Below are positions 26,401-39,976 of a stretch of 60,987 bases of DNA, in pieces. A model generated the notes under the pieces. It made no database searches. It was not told where the DNA came from and saw only the letters and a program-made list of their open reading frames with translations. Numbering within the stretch: the first letter of the stretch is position 1; each line of letters starts with the position of its first letter. The position numbers were made by a program, and so were the translations under genes. This DNA is from Aplysia californica. Lineage: Eukaryota. Location: assembly GCF_000002075.1 (NCBI RefSeq), contig NW_004797640.1:430857-491843 (forward strand). The letters run 5' to 3'.

Positions 26401-29400
26401 CATTTAAAGATAATTGGGAAGAAAAGGCTTTCACTTCTACAGTGGTGCTGCTATAAGAAACATCAATAAGCTAAAAAAAAGTTTTAAAAATCAGGAAACC
26501 ACTGGACTTGAATTTTTGCTCACAATATATGATATTTTTGTTGAATATTATAATGAACTCGTTACACTTACCCAGCTGATCTGTGATATTAGAAAGCCGT
26601 CTCGTGTTTGGGTACATGTAGGCAACGCCGTCCCTGGAAATAAAACATTTACTTGTATGAGCTGACAAGAAGGACAAATGCATAATCATACTGGGCTAAG
26701 AATGTTACATTCACAATAGGTAGAAACATAGGAGAGACATTAAAGGGGGAAAAAAAAGTGTGAAAGTCACGTGACTCCAAACACCAATTAAACAAGCCTT
26801 TCATCAAACAATGAAACAACAGGTGCTTCACCAAGACGACAAAATTTTACCTGTTTCAGACAAGGGCCATACTGACAAATCGATTAGCATGTAAATAAAG
26901 GAAAAACACGACTAAACAGTAATCTTTCTCTCTCTTTCTCTCACCCCCCCCCCCCCAAATCCCTCCCTCTCTCTCTCATATACACACAGAAACACTCACG
27001 AACAAAAGCAAATACAGGCGAACACACACAAACAAACACACACACACACACACCCACACCTTCACACAAACCCACACATACCTTCTCTCCTTACAGACAC
27101 CCCCCATGTGGAAGAGGGCGTGCAGGCCATTGTTCATCATGTCCAGGGAGAGCATCTCGTAATGTTTGACCACTCCCTCCTGGATGAGCCTGGCGGTCAG
27201 CATCTGTGCCTCCTTGACCAGAGTCTTCTGTGTCTTGGCCAGAGGCTTCCCGCCCACCTTGGGGTGGTTGGACAACAGGTACTGGCACAGGATCTGAGAA
27301 AACAAAGACAAACAAACAAATGAATATTCAGACACAGAGCTCCAACTGAGATGATTTCATGGATTTTCTTGAACAGCCAGAATATAATCTGTGCTGTCAT
27401 TCAGAATTCGCTTTAATTCTTATTTTTTTAACAATATGGATTTAAATCTATCTTGTTTATAACACCAAAAAATTAACAATTGGTAACATGAAAGAAGCAT
27501 GGATAGTGAGATTGAATGCAGAAAAAGCATGTGTATCGTAGAGGGATTTCAGTAATATTTCTGCGTGAGAAAATGACTCCGACTCTAGATAGATCTAAAA
27601 TTGCTGGTGATACTACAGGCTACCATTCGAGAACTACACCTTCAAATAGCGAATTCTCCCAAAGAAAGGAAGTGTAACATGTCCATTTTTTACTTGACCA
27701 GTATTATAAACACAGATTTGGAGGACTGGATGGAAATGTGTATTAAATTAAGAGAAATGAAAGCACCACGCTGTGTTGTTCTGGTGGATGGGGGTAAACG
27801 GAAACAACACGGAGCGTGTCCTTTTGGCCGATAGGAATTTAAAGTCTCAAAATTTCCCCCAGACCAGTGACTGACTAACATCTTGTTTTACAGGTGATCT
27901 AGTATCTGCTGGTCCGCTTGAAACAACAAAACTATGAGATGCTCCTCCTTCATGCATTTAAATGAATGTTTAAGGGCTTCTTGACCTTACTCCCTGAGCC
28001 CACAGGACCCCTTAGTTTCAGCTCTTTTAGGTTCAACAGCTAGATCTACAAAATCTGCGAGGTACATAATATGTGTGTTCAGTGCAAAATGAAAGTCCTG
28101 AAATGCTATGTTTGGTCAACTCTTCTGTATGGCTGTGAATGCTGGACAATCACTAAAGACAGTGAAAATAAAATTGAGGCAACAGAAATGTGGTTTCTTA
28201 GGAGACTGCTAAGAGTATCGTGGAAGGAAAAGAAATCAAATGAGGTAGTGCTTGATGAAGCCCACGTGGGACGCTCAATGTTAAAAACAATCAGGAAATG
28301 ACAACTGCAGTTTTTGGGACACCTGAATAGACATAAGGGTCTTGAACATCTAGCTCTCACTGGCGAAATTGAGGGCAAGCGAGGCAGGGGTAGGCCCAGA
28401 ACAACATACTTAGGGAACCTAAACAAATGGGTAACAGGGAAAAATCAGGGAAACGTAGCTTTTCTGAGAGCATCCGAGCAAAGGAAGGAATGGAAAATCA
28501 TGATCGCCGATGTCTGTCGCAGATCTGGCACTGGATGATGATGATGATGAGTGCAAAGGACAGAGAGTAAAGGTATAGCACATTGAGTCTTTCTTTGAGT
28601 AAAGAGTAGCACATTGACACAATAATGGTCAATTAGTGCTGGGAAAAAGTAAGACAGACAGACAGAAACAACAGAGGGAAAGTAAAGAAGTAGGACCTAC
28701 TAGGGGCGTCTTCCAAACACACGCTAGCACATTGAGAAGACCAATAGGGCTAAAAGCAATAGGAAAATAAAACAAAGAACAATCCAAAGATGAGTCCACA
28801 TTCAGTACTCACCCAGTAGCCCAGGAGGAATGGTTCAAAGATGTGGCTGTAGAAGGTGGTGTGCTTGTTGACCGACTGTGCCACCAACAGCTCATCTTTG
28901 TCCATCACCACACCACACATGTGCGTCAACGTGAGAAGAGCCATCTCAAAGTCCTGGAAAGCACAAACAATAAATTCCGAAATGAAAAAAATCTTATTGA
29001 ACCAAAACAAAAGAAGTATCATGTACTGTCATACAGGAACGTTTTTAAGGGGAGGAGCAACCCTTGATTTTCCAGATTTTGGGTCAGGCTATGCAAATTT
29101 TATGTTGGCTGGATTTTGAAGATCAACCAGCTTTTTGTCTAAAAATAGAATGGATACAATTGAGAAAGTCTTAACTGTCCTCGTAAATCGCCTTTGAAAA
29201 CATGAGGATGGGTTAATATAGTGAATTTTCACAAAAATAGTTTTTTTCGCAAAAATATTTTTTTTTGCAGTTTTTTCCCTACTCCTTCCTTAGTTTTCGG
29301 CCGTTTGACATGAAACTTTCAGGAAACATAGATGGCAAGGCTGCCATCAACGTAACAGAGAGATATTTGCGGAAAAAAACAACACTTTTCCATTGGCAAA

Positions 29401-32400
29401 GTGAATACACAACCAAATTTCGAAAAAGTTTTTTATACTTTGGGAAAATTCTCATATTTTGTTTTCTTTTGCATTTATTTTTAAAAACTTGCTGTTACTC
29501 TGACGGGGTCTGGTTCAGGTATACTCGCACCAAATTTCGTCAAATTTGGTCAGTAAATAAGAAAGCCTTAAGGATTTGAAATTCAGTGTTTATTTTCAAG
29601 ATGGCGGCCGTTTCCTTAGCAACTGCTTTAGCCATGCCAAAAGAAAATTGCGTATCAATAGATTTTACTATGCCTAACTTTTGTGTACTTAGATTTGATC
29701 TCGGGCAACAAACATAGTATATGGTCCTCAAGGGGAGCTCCTCCCGTTAAGAAAACATCGAACACTCCATTCAAGGAAATAAATCTAATGTACACTAACA
29801 TTTCCTCATCACATGTGCATCAATGCGCTACCTTAGAAATACAAAGTTCTATTTGCTCTGTGCCTTTGATGACAAAGATTCTGAGTTTCACATCATGTCA
29901 AGCTTGTTCAAATGCAATTTTTTTAATTTCCTGATAACGCCTCTGCAAAATTTTACCATTTTCATAGAGCAGAAAGAAGATTTGGTTTTTTATCTCACGG
30001 TCTTATAACTCAAAATGGCCAAAAATGTCTCTGTAATTTTGAGGTAAAGACTGTAATGGAAAAGGGCTGATATATAAAACAGACAATACTAGCATAAGAC
30101 AAAGCTCAAATATCTCAAAAACAATAAATGACACCAAAAAAAAAAAACAGAAGAAGATAGAGTCATTTTAAAAGTTCTATCAGAAGAGAGCAAAAGTCTT
30201 CAGTGACAGAGCTTCCACATCACTTACACTTCTGGTGTTTCCAGGGATGAAGACAAAATCTCTGCACAGTAGTTGTTCCAAAAATGAGTATTTGGTAAAC
30301 AGCTCATCTGAAAGAAAAAAAAGTTTTGTTTGAGTAAAGAGAAGCACATCGACACAATAATGGCTATTTACTGCTGCAAATAAGTAAGACAGACAGACAG
30401 AAACAGGTAGAGGGAAAGTAAAAAAGTAAGACTTACCAGTAGCACCCTCCAACCATCCGCGGAAAAGAAAGAACACTAAAAAGTTTTAAGAAACTAAATA
30501 AAACTGACTTTCATCAAATTTATCAAGTTTTCACCAAAATACCCATTACGTAGTGACTTAAGTATATGCTGAAAAAAATTCAACTAGAAGACAAGAGAAT
30601 GAAATAAAACAGCACAAACTTCACATCATTATGATCTCACTTAACTATGAAGTGCCTTCTACAAACCTTCACCCACCACAAAGATTTGTTCTGACAACAA
30701 CGACAATATGATCTTACTCATTGAGAGTCGCTCCTGGCAGCTAGAGTTGACCGAGATTGCGATCATGGCAGGCCGCACAAACACATGCAGGATATGATTT
30801 CTGTACAGGGAGAGCATCAGATGCTGACCAGCTGCCCAAGGACATGGAAGAGAAAAAGTTACCATTACATTCAACTAAAAAAAAAAAATTTCAAGTCACA
30901 ATTACAGGATGATTTGTTATTTCATTGCATAGACAGCAAAAGATCTTGTCAGTATGTTAGTGTTTTAGCGCCTATAAATGCAGCTTGCACTGTATGCTTC
31001 CCAGGAAGTTGAGATTGTTTCAGAATGCTAGCAGATCTGCTGGGGTAATAGTATAGATTGTAAAGAGCATAAAGCTTGCTGTTGAGCGGGAATTTGTTCT
31101 CTACAAATGCTATCTATTATTATCTATTATTATATTATTCTCATTGTTATTCAAGAGAACTGAGTGCTTAATCCTACCACAATTTTCAATCTCAACATTA
31201 GATGAATTTGGATGATGTCAAAACCATTGACTGTTTAGAATAAGACTGCACCATATGCCACTGTGAAAATTTATGAGTGACAAGAGTCTAACACTGAACA
31301 AACCATACGAAGTACAATTAATGCATAAAATGCACACATTCAAAGGTATATCATTTTTCCTGTATTGCTTGTGTGCAATGAGCAACTTTATCTGAATGAT
31401 TTTAAATACGCTCTGACAAACAAAAAAAACTTTTTTGTTAAACCTAGCCTCATTGCACTCTAATTCTGTGAGCTCATAAACTTAGTCACACTACAAAGGT
31501 TAAAATAAACCAAACTAAAGCCATAAATAGATATAGAGCAAACGCAAAGTCGGAGCACAGTACAGAGAGACATTGCTGAACTGACCTGTGATCATGAGGG
31601 CGTCTGTTGCCTTAGCATGGGCTGGTGGCGCCACCTGTACCAGTTCCACCACATCCTCGCCGGTGACCTTCACAATGTTGCTGTGCAGCCTCAGATTCTC
31701 TCTCAAAATGCTTTCGGCAGATTCACTCGCTGGCAGTACAGGAGGAAAGAAAAAAAGAGAGGCCGGATTGAGAATTTGCTCCTGCAAAAATTTGTGACCA
31801 TGGCAAAATGGTCACTATTCATCTTTAAATGTCTTCAACTAGTCTTGATATTATAATATATACATGAAACAACCTATAATGACACATGTCAAACAGGATA
31901 CCAAATATTTTGTGAAAAGGGTTTTCTTCGAGAGGAGTTATTACAGTAATCAGAAGGAACAGTTTTGTGATGGGATGCATGGGGGGGGGGGGGGGGGGGG
32001 GGGTTAATTACCTAGTATTATATTTTCACTTCAGGGAGATTTTTGCCCTCCTATTGAGCTTGTGTGGAGGAAGGAGGATAAAACAGCATTTTTAGCTCTT
32101 TGTACAAAAGTGACGATATTTTAGCCTCAGAGCAAAAATGTTATCATGGCACAAATTTACAAAAGTTTTCCTCTTTTATGGGTAGGAAAGTTCTTCTTTT
32201 ATGGGTTTTTATAGCTGGTAAAGTTCCTCTTTTATGGATTTTTATGGTTAGTAAAGTTCCTCTTTTATGGGTGGGAAAGTTCCAGTTCAACTCTCAGCAA
32301 AGCAAAGCTCAGAAAAATTAAGATAATGGAGAGCAGTTACACAGCGCATTTCCACACTGCCAATGCTCAATGTGCTTTACAGCAAAGATTACAATGACAA

Positions 32401-35400
32401 GACAATAAAAAAAACACAAACGAAAGCAAAACATTTCAAACAGAACCACAATTCTCTGTTGGCGAGAGCTTCACATTGCTCGCAACCACATTAAGGTCAC
32501 ACAAAATATAGTCTATTGTCTCACCTGGCCAGTCAATGTAGGCTCCCAGATTGGCCGCCTGTCGCTTGAGCCAGTCCACCTCGCGTGCCAGCTGTCGGAG
32601 CGTGATGCCCTCCTGGGACTGCATCAGCACCATGGCCATCATGGCCCAGGGGGAGACCACCATGTGTTTCTGGTGGGTCAGCACCATCTGGTGGGCCAGC
32701 TTCTTGATGATGTCCTGCTCCTGGTGGGTCAGGCTGGCCATGTACCTGAGAAACACCAGCAACAACACCTTACTAATACTTCAGAATTACAAAGCTCTAT
32801 CTGACAATTTTGGCGGTTTTGAGTTACTAAGACCATGAGGTCAGAAACCAAATGTTCTATCTGTTCTATCAAAATCGTAAGATTATTCCGAGTCGTAGTC
32901 AGGATATTCTGCGTTCTAAAAAGCTTGACATGATGTGAAACTCAAAATCTTTTGACGTCAAATTTTTCTAAACTAGGTACTGAGCAGACAGAAGTTTGTA
33001 ATTGTGAGGTGGCAAAGAGAAGCCCAAAGAAAAAATACTGAGCTAAATTTTTCAAAATAATTCCCACTTTTAAAACTTGCGTACCACAGAATAAATAGGC
33101 CTACAGATGGAAAATAAATAACATTATCAAAATAACACTCAATCTACTTTTATGTCAAGAAGTTTATTTCTTAAAGGGCAAGTAGAGTCTCGTCTCCTGA
33201 AGTTAAATCTTCTCAAAAATTGTAAATAAAACATTTCAGCGCAATGAGCAGTTGCAAAATAGATACTATTCAACTTTTTGAGAATTAACATAATATAATT
33301 CTGCTTGACGATCTGCTTCTATCTTTCTCTTAATTCAAAACAGAAATTCCTTGGACAAAAAAAACGCTTCTTCTCAACTTTCAATTTTCGATACTCAGAG
33401 GACTTCCAACGCATAGCTTGAATTGCTTCATGAGACAGTCATGGTATCTCCAACAATAAGAAAAAGTAATGGAATCACTCCTCCAGTTTTCCCAAAATGC
33501 ACAGCAGTGGCAACAGTTGCAACAAATACAAAATCCATCCTCAGTCTCACAAAACACTGTTAGTTATTGTCAATAATTATATCAAAAACACCATTTGGCT
33601 GACTGCAACTAGATCAAATCGATTAAAAGTATTTATTGCCAGAATATCAATTATTCATTTATACAGGCACCAGCCATCAACGTCCAAGTGCTGCTTTAGC
33701 CTCTTTCTCCTGTCTGTGAATTTACCTCATGAGAGTAAAAAAGAAGCATTCTCCAACCTCAGACCTCAGGGAGGGGAAACTGTCAACAACTGTCACAGCG
33801 TCAAAGTGACAAGCTCACCCAATGATGAAAAACATAAACATAATTATTTTTCTCACCTGGGAGCCAAGTTGTGCAGGCTTCTATCAACAAAACCCTCAGT
33901 GTATTTGCGAATGGAGATGGGCTCTCCAAAGTTGATATGGACATTTCCGAAATCTTCATCCAAGATTTTTCTGGCTTTCAACAAACCCTGTGGATAAATA
34001 TACAAAATGTATTCAAAGAGTGCACAGATTTCACACTGGGGTCTTTTCCTTTTCATTTAAAAAATCCCTTTGTAGGTCTGAGGTTGTTGTAATTGACAGC
34101 AAGCTAACACAATAAGAGCAACATTTGGTTAGATTAGAACAGAAGAGGACAAAAGAAAGAGAAGCAAACGACATAAGAATGCCCACCAGCAACCCTAATC
34201 AATCTGAGGGATAGATAACTATGAGTAGCATAAAATGCACAACAGACCAACCATTAGACACCGTCATAATTCTACCAGGTTACTAAAACGAAGACAGGTA
34301 ATGAAAGTATTCCTCCAGCAAATGAACACTAGACCAGGAAAGACATTATTCTGACTCTCGACAAATTGCCAAATCAGAATTACAAAGTTCTATCTCAACT
34401 TTTTTGTCTGTTTTGAGTTACAAAGACCACGAGGCCAGAAATCAAACCCTCTGCTCTATCAAAATCATAAGATTATTGGGAGTCACTATCTAGATACTTA
34501 ATGAACCGCATTTGAAAAAGCTTGACATGTGAAATTCAAAATTTGTACATCAAATTCTCAAAACGAGATCCTGCGAAGATAAAACTTTGCAATTCTAGGG
34601 TAGCAAAATGACGCTCCAGCTCTTGTGGAACAGCCACTCACACTACCCCTTTCATGGAATTACCACACCTCCTTTGAAATGACCTATTCTATTCCTAAGA
34701 AGCTCAGCAAAGAGCAATAAAGTACAAAGTGTAAGCTCACATTACAATATCAGAAGCAAACTTTAATTCAAGACAGGAACTTACAGAAGTGGACTCTTTC
34801 GGCTTTGGCACTCCCAGAAGTTCATACGCGTACAGACTTTCTTCCAAGATCCTGTCGTAGCTGATGCTGCAGGGAACCACCATGATGTCTGGGATGTGGG
34901 ACTTGAAATAAGGCTCCAGGGCAGCCGACAACATACCTGAAATAAGGTACCAAATCATTTTTAAAAGAAAATTTAACTTGGTTCCAGTGACAAATTTTTA
35001 TTGATCTCTTTCCATAAGCAAAGTTTCAGTGTAACATTAGTCACCACTCGATCTAATGTACTGGTAAGGATTTACAAATCCCTTAACTCCTAACTTTCCA
35101 AAGGTAACATGATATTTTAAGTCACTACATGGCTTACAACTCATTAAAAGGTATGATAGCCCTTAGAGTCTCAATCTAGGATTTACACCATTGCACACTG
35201 AAGCAAATGTTCAGTGTGGCAAAAGAGTACAGGCAGTGTGTCAGCTCTTGCTCACAGGGGTAAAGGGTCAAAAACATTGGTGTGACAGGAGAGTAACAGC
35301 GAACACACCAACAAAACTCACCAAACTTTGGGGTGTACGACTTGGATGTCCTGCTCCGTGTCCCCTCTACGTAAAACTCTATGGGAGCATCTCCGTTGCA

Positions 35401-37405
35401 GATCTGTGACTGCACGTACTCAGTAAACACTGCCCAATACAAATGGTCGTCACCAAAGCTACGCCGGATGTAGAACGCTCCACTGTTCCTCAGCAACCAT
35501 CCAACACCTTTCATGCCCATAAAGTCTGGGAAGAAAAAGAGGTGATGACTTTCTTATTGACTCACAAGTGAATGGGAAGTAAATTCTAGCTTACATCCAG
35601 GGGTTCTATACAAATAAACATCCCTAAAAGCTACATTTTGCAAAAATATTCTGGCCCTGCTCTAAAAATATCAAATTATTATCTCGTTTGAGGCACACAA
35701 ACATTTAAAAGTGTGCTAGGCGCACTAACTTAAGAGTTATTAGGGGGAAAAAATCCCCATAAGATGGAAGGATAAAAACAAACAAAACACAGAAAACACA
35801 CATGTAATATAAACTTTCCTATTCATACAAACATGTGCTTTGAATCAACTTCTAGCAGAGCTTACAGGTAACATGTGGATGTCCTACAATTGAAGTATTT
35901 TATACATTACATACTAATAAACACTGCTTTTCCGTTTGAATAAGAGTTTTACAGCACTTGCAACACAATTAGGTCATATAAGTGCCAAAGATTAGAGGTG
36001 TTACAAGACAGTAACATACACAAAAAAAAGGAGGAGAGATAGGGACAATACTTATTTGATGGGGAAAGAAGGAGCACACCACACCAGAGCACCCACCAAC
36101 AACCCACAATAAACACTGTACGAAGTCACAGTTCCCACTTCTTTCTTTTATATGATCCGTTTTTGTTTCATTTCTCAGTAGTCAGAAGGGGGGAGGGGTG
36201 TTTTTCTTACCCATAGCAGCTGCAATAACAGGCAGCGGCAGGTCATAATGGTAGAAGACATATGACATAAGGAGGAAATCCATGTAGCTGCGGTGGGTGG
36301 GCATGAGCAGAATGGGATACTCTTTGACCATGTCTCGCACCTTTAGAAAAACATTAAAATCAAATCTAGCAGGACTGTTTCAAAATTAGCTGTACTTTTT
36401 AAAAAAACACACAAAAAACAGAAATACAAAGACCTGAGATACATCTGACTTAATCAAAAACAATAATATTTTTTCACAAATATGTTTCATGTCAGATGAT
36501 GTCATGATCTTATCTCCGTGAATTTATTAACATATTTAATGAAAACAAACTCAAAATCTTCATGATTTTTTTAGTTCTATAACTTATTTTAAAATTCATA
36601 TATTTTGGAGGGAAAAAAATCAAAATTCATTTACTTCACAAAAATTAAGGTAAAGATAAATCATGACAGTTTCTACCTTCTGAATGCCATCAGCATTGAC
36701 GTAGATTCGTCTGTACAACGACTTGAAAATCTTCATCAAGAAGAAGGCGAAACCTCTGATGGCTGTCATGCTTTGGTTGTGGGCCATCTCATCAAGTATT
36801 GACAGGGCTTCTGCGGTCACCTCCTCTCGGGGCAATTTAGTTTCTATGCAAGCCTGCGAAGGAGAAGATAATAAAATAAACATTCCTAATAGAAACAGCT
36901 GCAAAAATATCTAAATACACATTTTACCTATTTGCATAAATGTTAAACCCATTTAGGGTTACAGACACAAGCAAACACATGTGCACGCATACACACACAT
37001 ATACATACACGCACGTACGCACATGTACACACACACACATACACACTCACACAAAAGCAAACATACCCAAAGATAAACAAACACATATACTCAACAGTAA
37101 GAATTATGCATACATAATTACATGCAAATATTCCAAAAACACACAACAACTTTAACAAATACAATATTAAGCACTTGTAAATGAAGTCAAAATTCAAAAT
37201 TTCCTCACCTGCTCAATTGCAAACTGCACCCGGTCGCTGGCCATGACATGGGTCTTAACCTCAGAAGGCGTTCGCTTCTTGTTTAATTTAAACGTAGGGA
37301 CATCGCGAGTCCTCAAAACATAGCCAATGTCACGTCCATTTTTGCGATCTTCCAAGATGTCCTCAAATATGTCCTTTTGACGAGAGGACACCAATTTGGG
37401 ATCAT
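23421..37405 (-). CDS. GNPAT: Glyceronephosphate O-acyltransferase (DHAP acyltransferase; ether lipid/plasmalogen synthesis); 14 coding exons, first coding exon unresolved
   Basis: Minus-strand exons: 37405-37209, 36853-36677, 36340-36211, 35525-35322, 34936-34785, 33987-33857, 32745-32525, 31729-31586, 30831-30718, 30307-30228, 28953-28813, 27293-27082, 26633-26572, 23503-23421 (TGA). Total 2048 nt, starting with the last two bases of a split codon. Acyltransferase motifs present: PTHRSYMDF (HxxxxD), [37 protein letters not shown]. The C-terminus is ...TVNAKL*, a PTS1 peroxisomal signal that distinguishes GNPAT from mitochondrial GPAT. Confidence 0.93.
24119..26310 (-). mobile_element. Decayed Tc1/mariner transposon with long TIRs, carrying two nested insertions
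   Basis: TA|CAGTGGCGTCCAAAAGAAACTTGAAAAT at 24119 pairs with ATTTTCAAGTTTCTTTTGGACGC at ~26282. Inner TIR parts 24925-25080 and 25940-26095 are reverse complements. The minus-strand remnant [13 protein letters not shown].../[10 protein letters not shown] (~25385-25500) resembles the Tc1 'WPxNSPDLNPIENLW' region. Confidence 0.75.
24180..24893. mobile_element. TTAA-target non-autonomous element (Kolobok-like) inserted in the Tc1 left TIR
   Basis: TTAA|GGGAAGAC...GTCTCCC|TTAA, with internal TTCAAGATGG also seen in the 29049 element. Confidence 0.6.
28071..28550 (+). mobile_element. RTE-clade LINE 3' fragment (RT C-terminus, internal stop), antisense in a GNPAT intron
   Basis: [16 protein letters not shown]...[16 protein letters not shown]...[14 protein letters not shown]...[13 protein letters not shown]...[15 protein letters not shown], followed by a (TGA)n tail. 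Confidence 0.85.
28590..28750 (-). mobile_element. Second retroposon 3'-end family (copies also at ~30325-30470 and ~20718-20760)
   Basis: Shared ttgagtaaagag..cacatcgacacaataatgg...agtaagacagacagacagaaac. Confidence 0.55.
29049..29746. mobile_element. TTAA-target non-autonomous DNA transposon (Kolobok/piggyBac-type target), 698 bp
   Basis: TTAA|GGGGAGGAGCAACCCTTGA...TCAAGGGGAGCTCCTCCCG|TTAA: 19-bp imperfect TIR with a perfect TTAA TSD. Confidence 0.85.
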
Positions 37406-38398
37406 CTGCAATAAAGAATATACGTAAGTGAACTACATCTGAGGCAAAAAGGAAAATTATGATAAAATGAACTTCAATTTTGAATCCAAACAAAATCCCA
37501 CTGAAGAGAATTAAGCAGGTGCAGTTCTGGGAAAAAGAGTACTAAACTGGCAAACACAACAGAAAGATGAAACATTTTGAGAGACTTATTAATTCCGGTT
37601 TCAGGGAAAAATGTCCGACAAATGCATGACAACGTTGTGTCAAGTTCATCCAGCTATCATTACCATTTTGTTTTATTGTTTTAGTAGAGATTTTACAAGC
37701 TCGCAACTGCATAAGGTCATATGAGCACCAGAAGATTAGAGGTGTCATATGAGAGTAACAAACATAAAAAAAGAAGAAGGGGAGATAAGGACGATAGATG
37801 TTTGATAGGAAAGAAGGAGCAAACCACACCAGAGCACCCGCCAACCACCCATATTACCATTTTCATTCGCACACAACATAAGACAATTCAAGTGCAGATG
37901 AATATATGAGCAAGTGTGGCTTCACGATCAAGGCAAGCGACCTTGGCCAGAGATCAGTGTGCCATCCTTAACTATGACATTACTGGTTCTTTAAATGTCC
38001 TTGTGTCTTCATTTTGTTTTAGTAAACTTTTACGGCACTTGCCACACAATTAGGGTATATAAGTGCCGAAGATTAAATGTGTTACAAGAGAGTAGCAAAC
38101 ATAAAAAAGGAGGAGAGATATGGACGATTGGTGTTTGATGGGAAAGAAGGAGCAACCCACGCCACAGCACCCTCCAACACCCACCTTGTTTCTTCTGGGT
38201 AACATTCATTGTCTGAATACACGCAGTTTTGATATTTTTTTGCCTTTACTTGTAGGTGCACACACATGCCCTCAATCAAATGCGCAATTGCAAACGCTTG
38301 TGGGGGCAGATCAAAGATCAAACCAACACGTCCAAAAAAATTCCCACTGCAAACAACGTGAAATGATTAGCATCCGTACTGCACACTGTAATATTAAC

Positions 38399-38411
38399 CA
38401 GTTGCAACCAT
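38399..38411 (-). CDS. GNPAT: Candidate first coding segment of GNPAT (ATG GTT GCA ACT G|gttaat, giving MVATD-DPKL...)
   Basis: ATG in good context (atcATGg). It ends in phase 1, as the 37405 exon requires, and would give a 686-aa protein, a typical GNPAT length. A plausible acceptor (cttttcattag) lies at about 38745. The donor is weak, and the gap at 39725-39976 could hide the true exon. Confidence 0.3.
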
Positions 38412-38835
38412 GATGGAAGTAACAGAGATACCCTAAAGATAACACCCTCTGACAACTTTCCCTGAACAGATATGATCTTAAACACGAAGTTCACTTTTCC
38501 TTTTGCTTTCAAGGGTAGGAGCACTTCTCTCACAGGCTGCTATCATTTCATTATCATTGCTCCCTGTGATATCAGAGAGGACACTGAGAGATCATTGACT
38601 TTCACTATCAACAACTGTGGTTGCAGAATCATATCTTTATCAATACTGGTCATTGAAGTCCCATTGACCTTGAACTATTCGATCAGCCCGGGACACAAAT
38701 TGGCCCCTGAAGAAACAGATATTCTGGCATGCGTATCCTTGGATCTAATGAAAAGAAAGTAAACGCTCATTTTTTTACCATCCATATTCGTCAACAAGAT
38801 GTGCTCTCTCTCTCTCTCTCTCTCGTCTCTCTCTC

Positions 38836-38892
<57 letters not shown>

Positions 38893-39724
38893 CCCCCCTC
38901 CCTCCTTCCAGGTTGCCTTCAGTTAGTCTCAATAGCAATACCAGCTTGATTTCTTTCATCTGGCTTTAAGCAGAACAAATAAAACCCTTCAAATTCATAA
39001 AAAGACATACGTGTGCTTATATCAAAAACACCCCATAAAGGTTAAAATCAAGCTTTTCTCAGCAAGCTGTTAGTCTCACAGAACCATACTGATCCATGAT
39101 AACTTTTTTTATCATTTTCTGAGCCAAGCATGATATCTAAACGACCATGACAGTTATATAGAAGAAACAAAGACACCTAATGAACCAGTAGCAATGTCAT
39201 GGCAAAGCCCGGCACGCTGATCTCTGGCCAAGGTCTCTTGCCTCGAGCGTGAAGCCACCTAAGTAAGATAGGGAAAGGTTGCCCCATCCAAGGTCGACTG
39301 GCCTCAGGCCAACCTACGTGCTTAATAGCTGGTTTTGTCATGACTCAATGGAGGTCTACTAAGCCTCTCAGTAGAAAGTGAAAACAAGTGCAACTCTGAT
39401 CATTCATCTCATGACAAAGATCAGTTATCAAAGTAATAGCAAAATAATCACTAAGGTGAAGATCGAGCACTCTGACTTAAAAGAAATCTTTAGAATAGGC
39501 CTACATATGCAAAGCCACAAACACAATGAACAACTGCTTCAATCCAAGTTATCTCTGGACAGAGTTTTAAAGACAACAATCAATATTTTTCTACACAAGA
39601 GAGGGAAAATGGATTGCTTGGCAAGAGAGAATGCTCTCTTTCTGCAATGAACACTTCATCATACTTCATGTATGTCATGTATTTGGGTAAAAGGAATGGG
39701 AATGGGGGGGGAAACAAATTTTTG

Positions 39725-39976
39725 NNNNNNNNNNNNNNNNNNNNNNNNNNNNNNNNNNNNNNNNNNNNNNNNNNNNNNNNNNNNNNNNNNNNNNNNNNNN
39801 NNNNNNNNNNNNNNNNNNNNNNNNNNNNNNNNNNNNNNNNNNNNNNNNNNNNNNNNNNNNNNNNNNNNNNNNNNNNNNNNNNNNNNNNNNNNNNNNNNNN
39901 NNNNNNNNNNNNNNNNNNNNNNNNNNNNNNNNNNNNNNNNNNNNNNNNNNNNNNNNNNNNNNNNNNNNNNNNNNNN
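39725..39976. other. Assembly gap (further gaps at 5599-5698 and 15221-15320)
   Basis: Runs of N. Confidence 1.

Noticed and set aside
33497-33997. 166-aa plus-strand ORF
   Set aside because: Antisense to a GNPAT exon and intron; no protein-like features.
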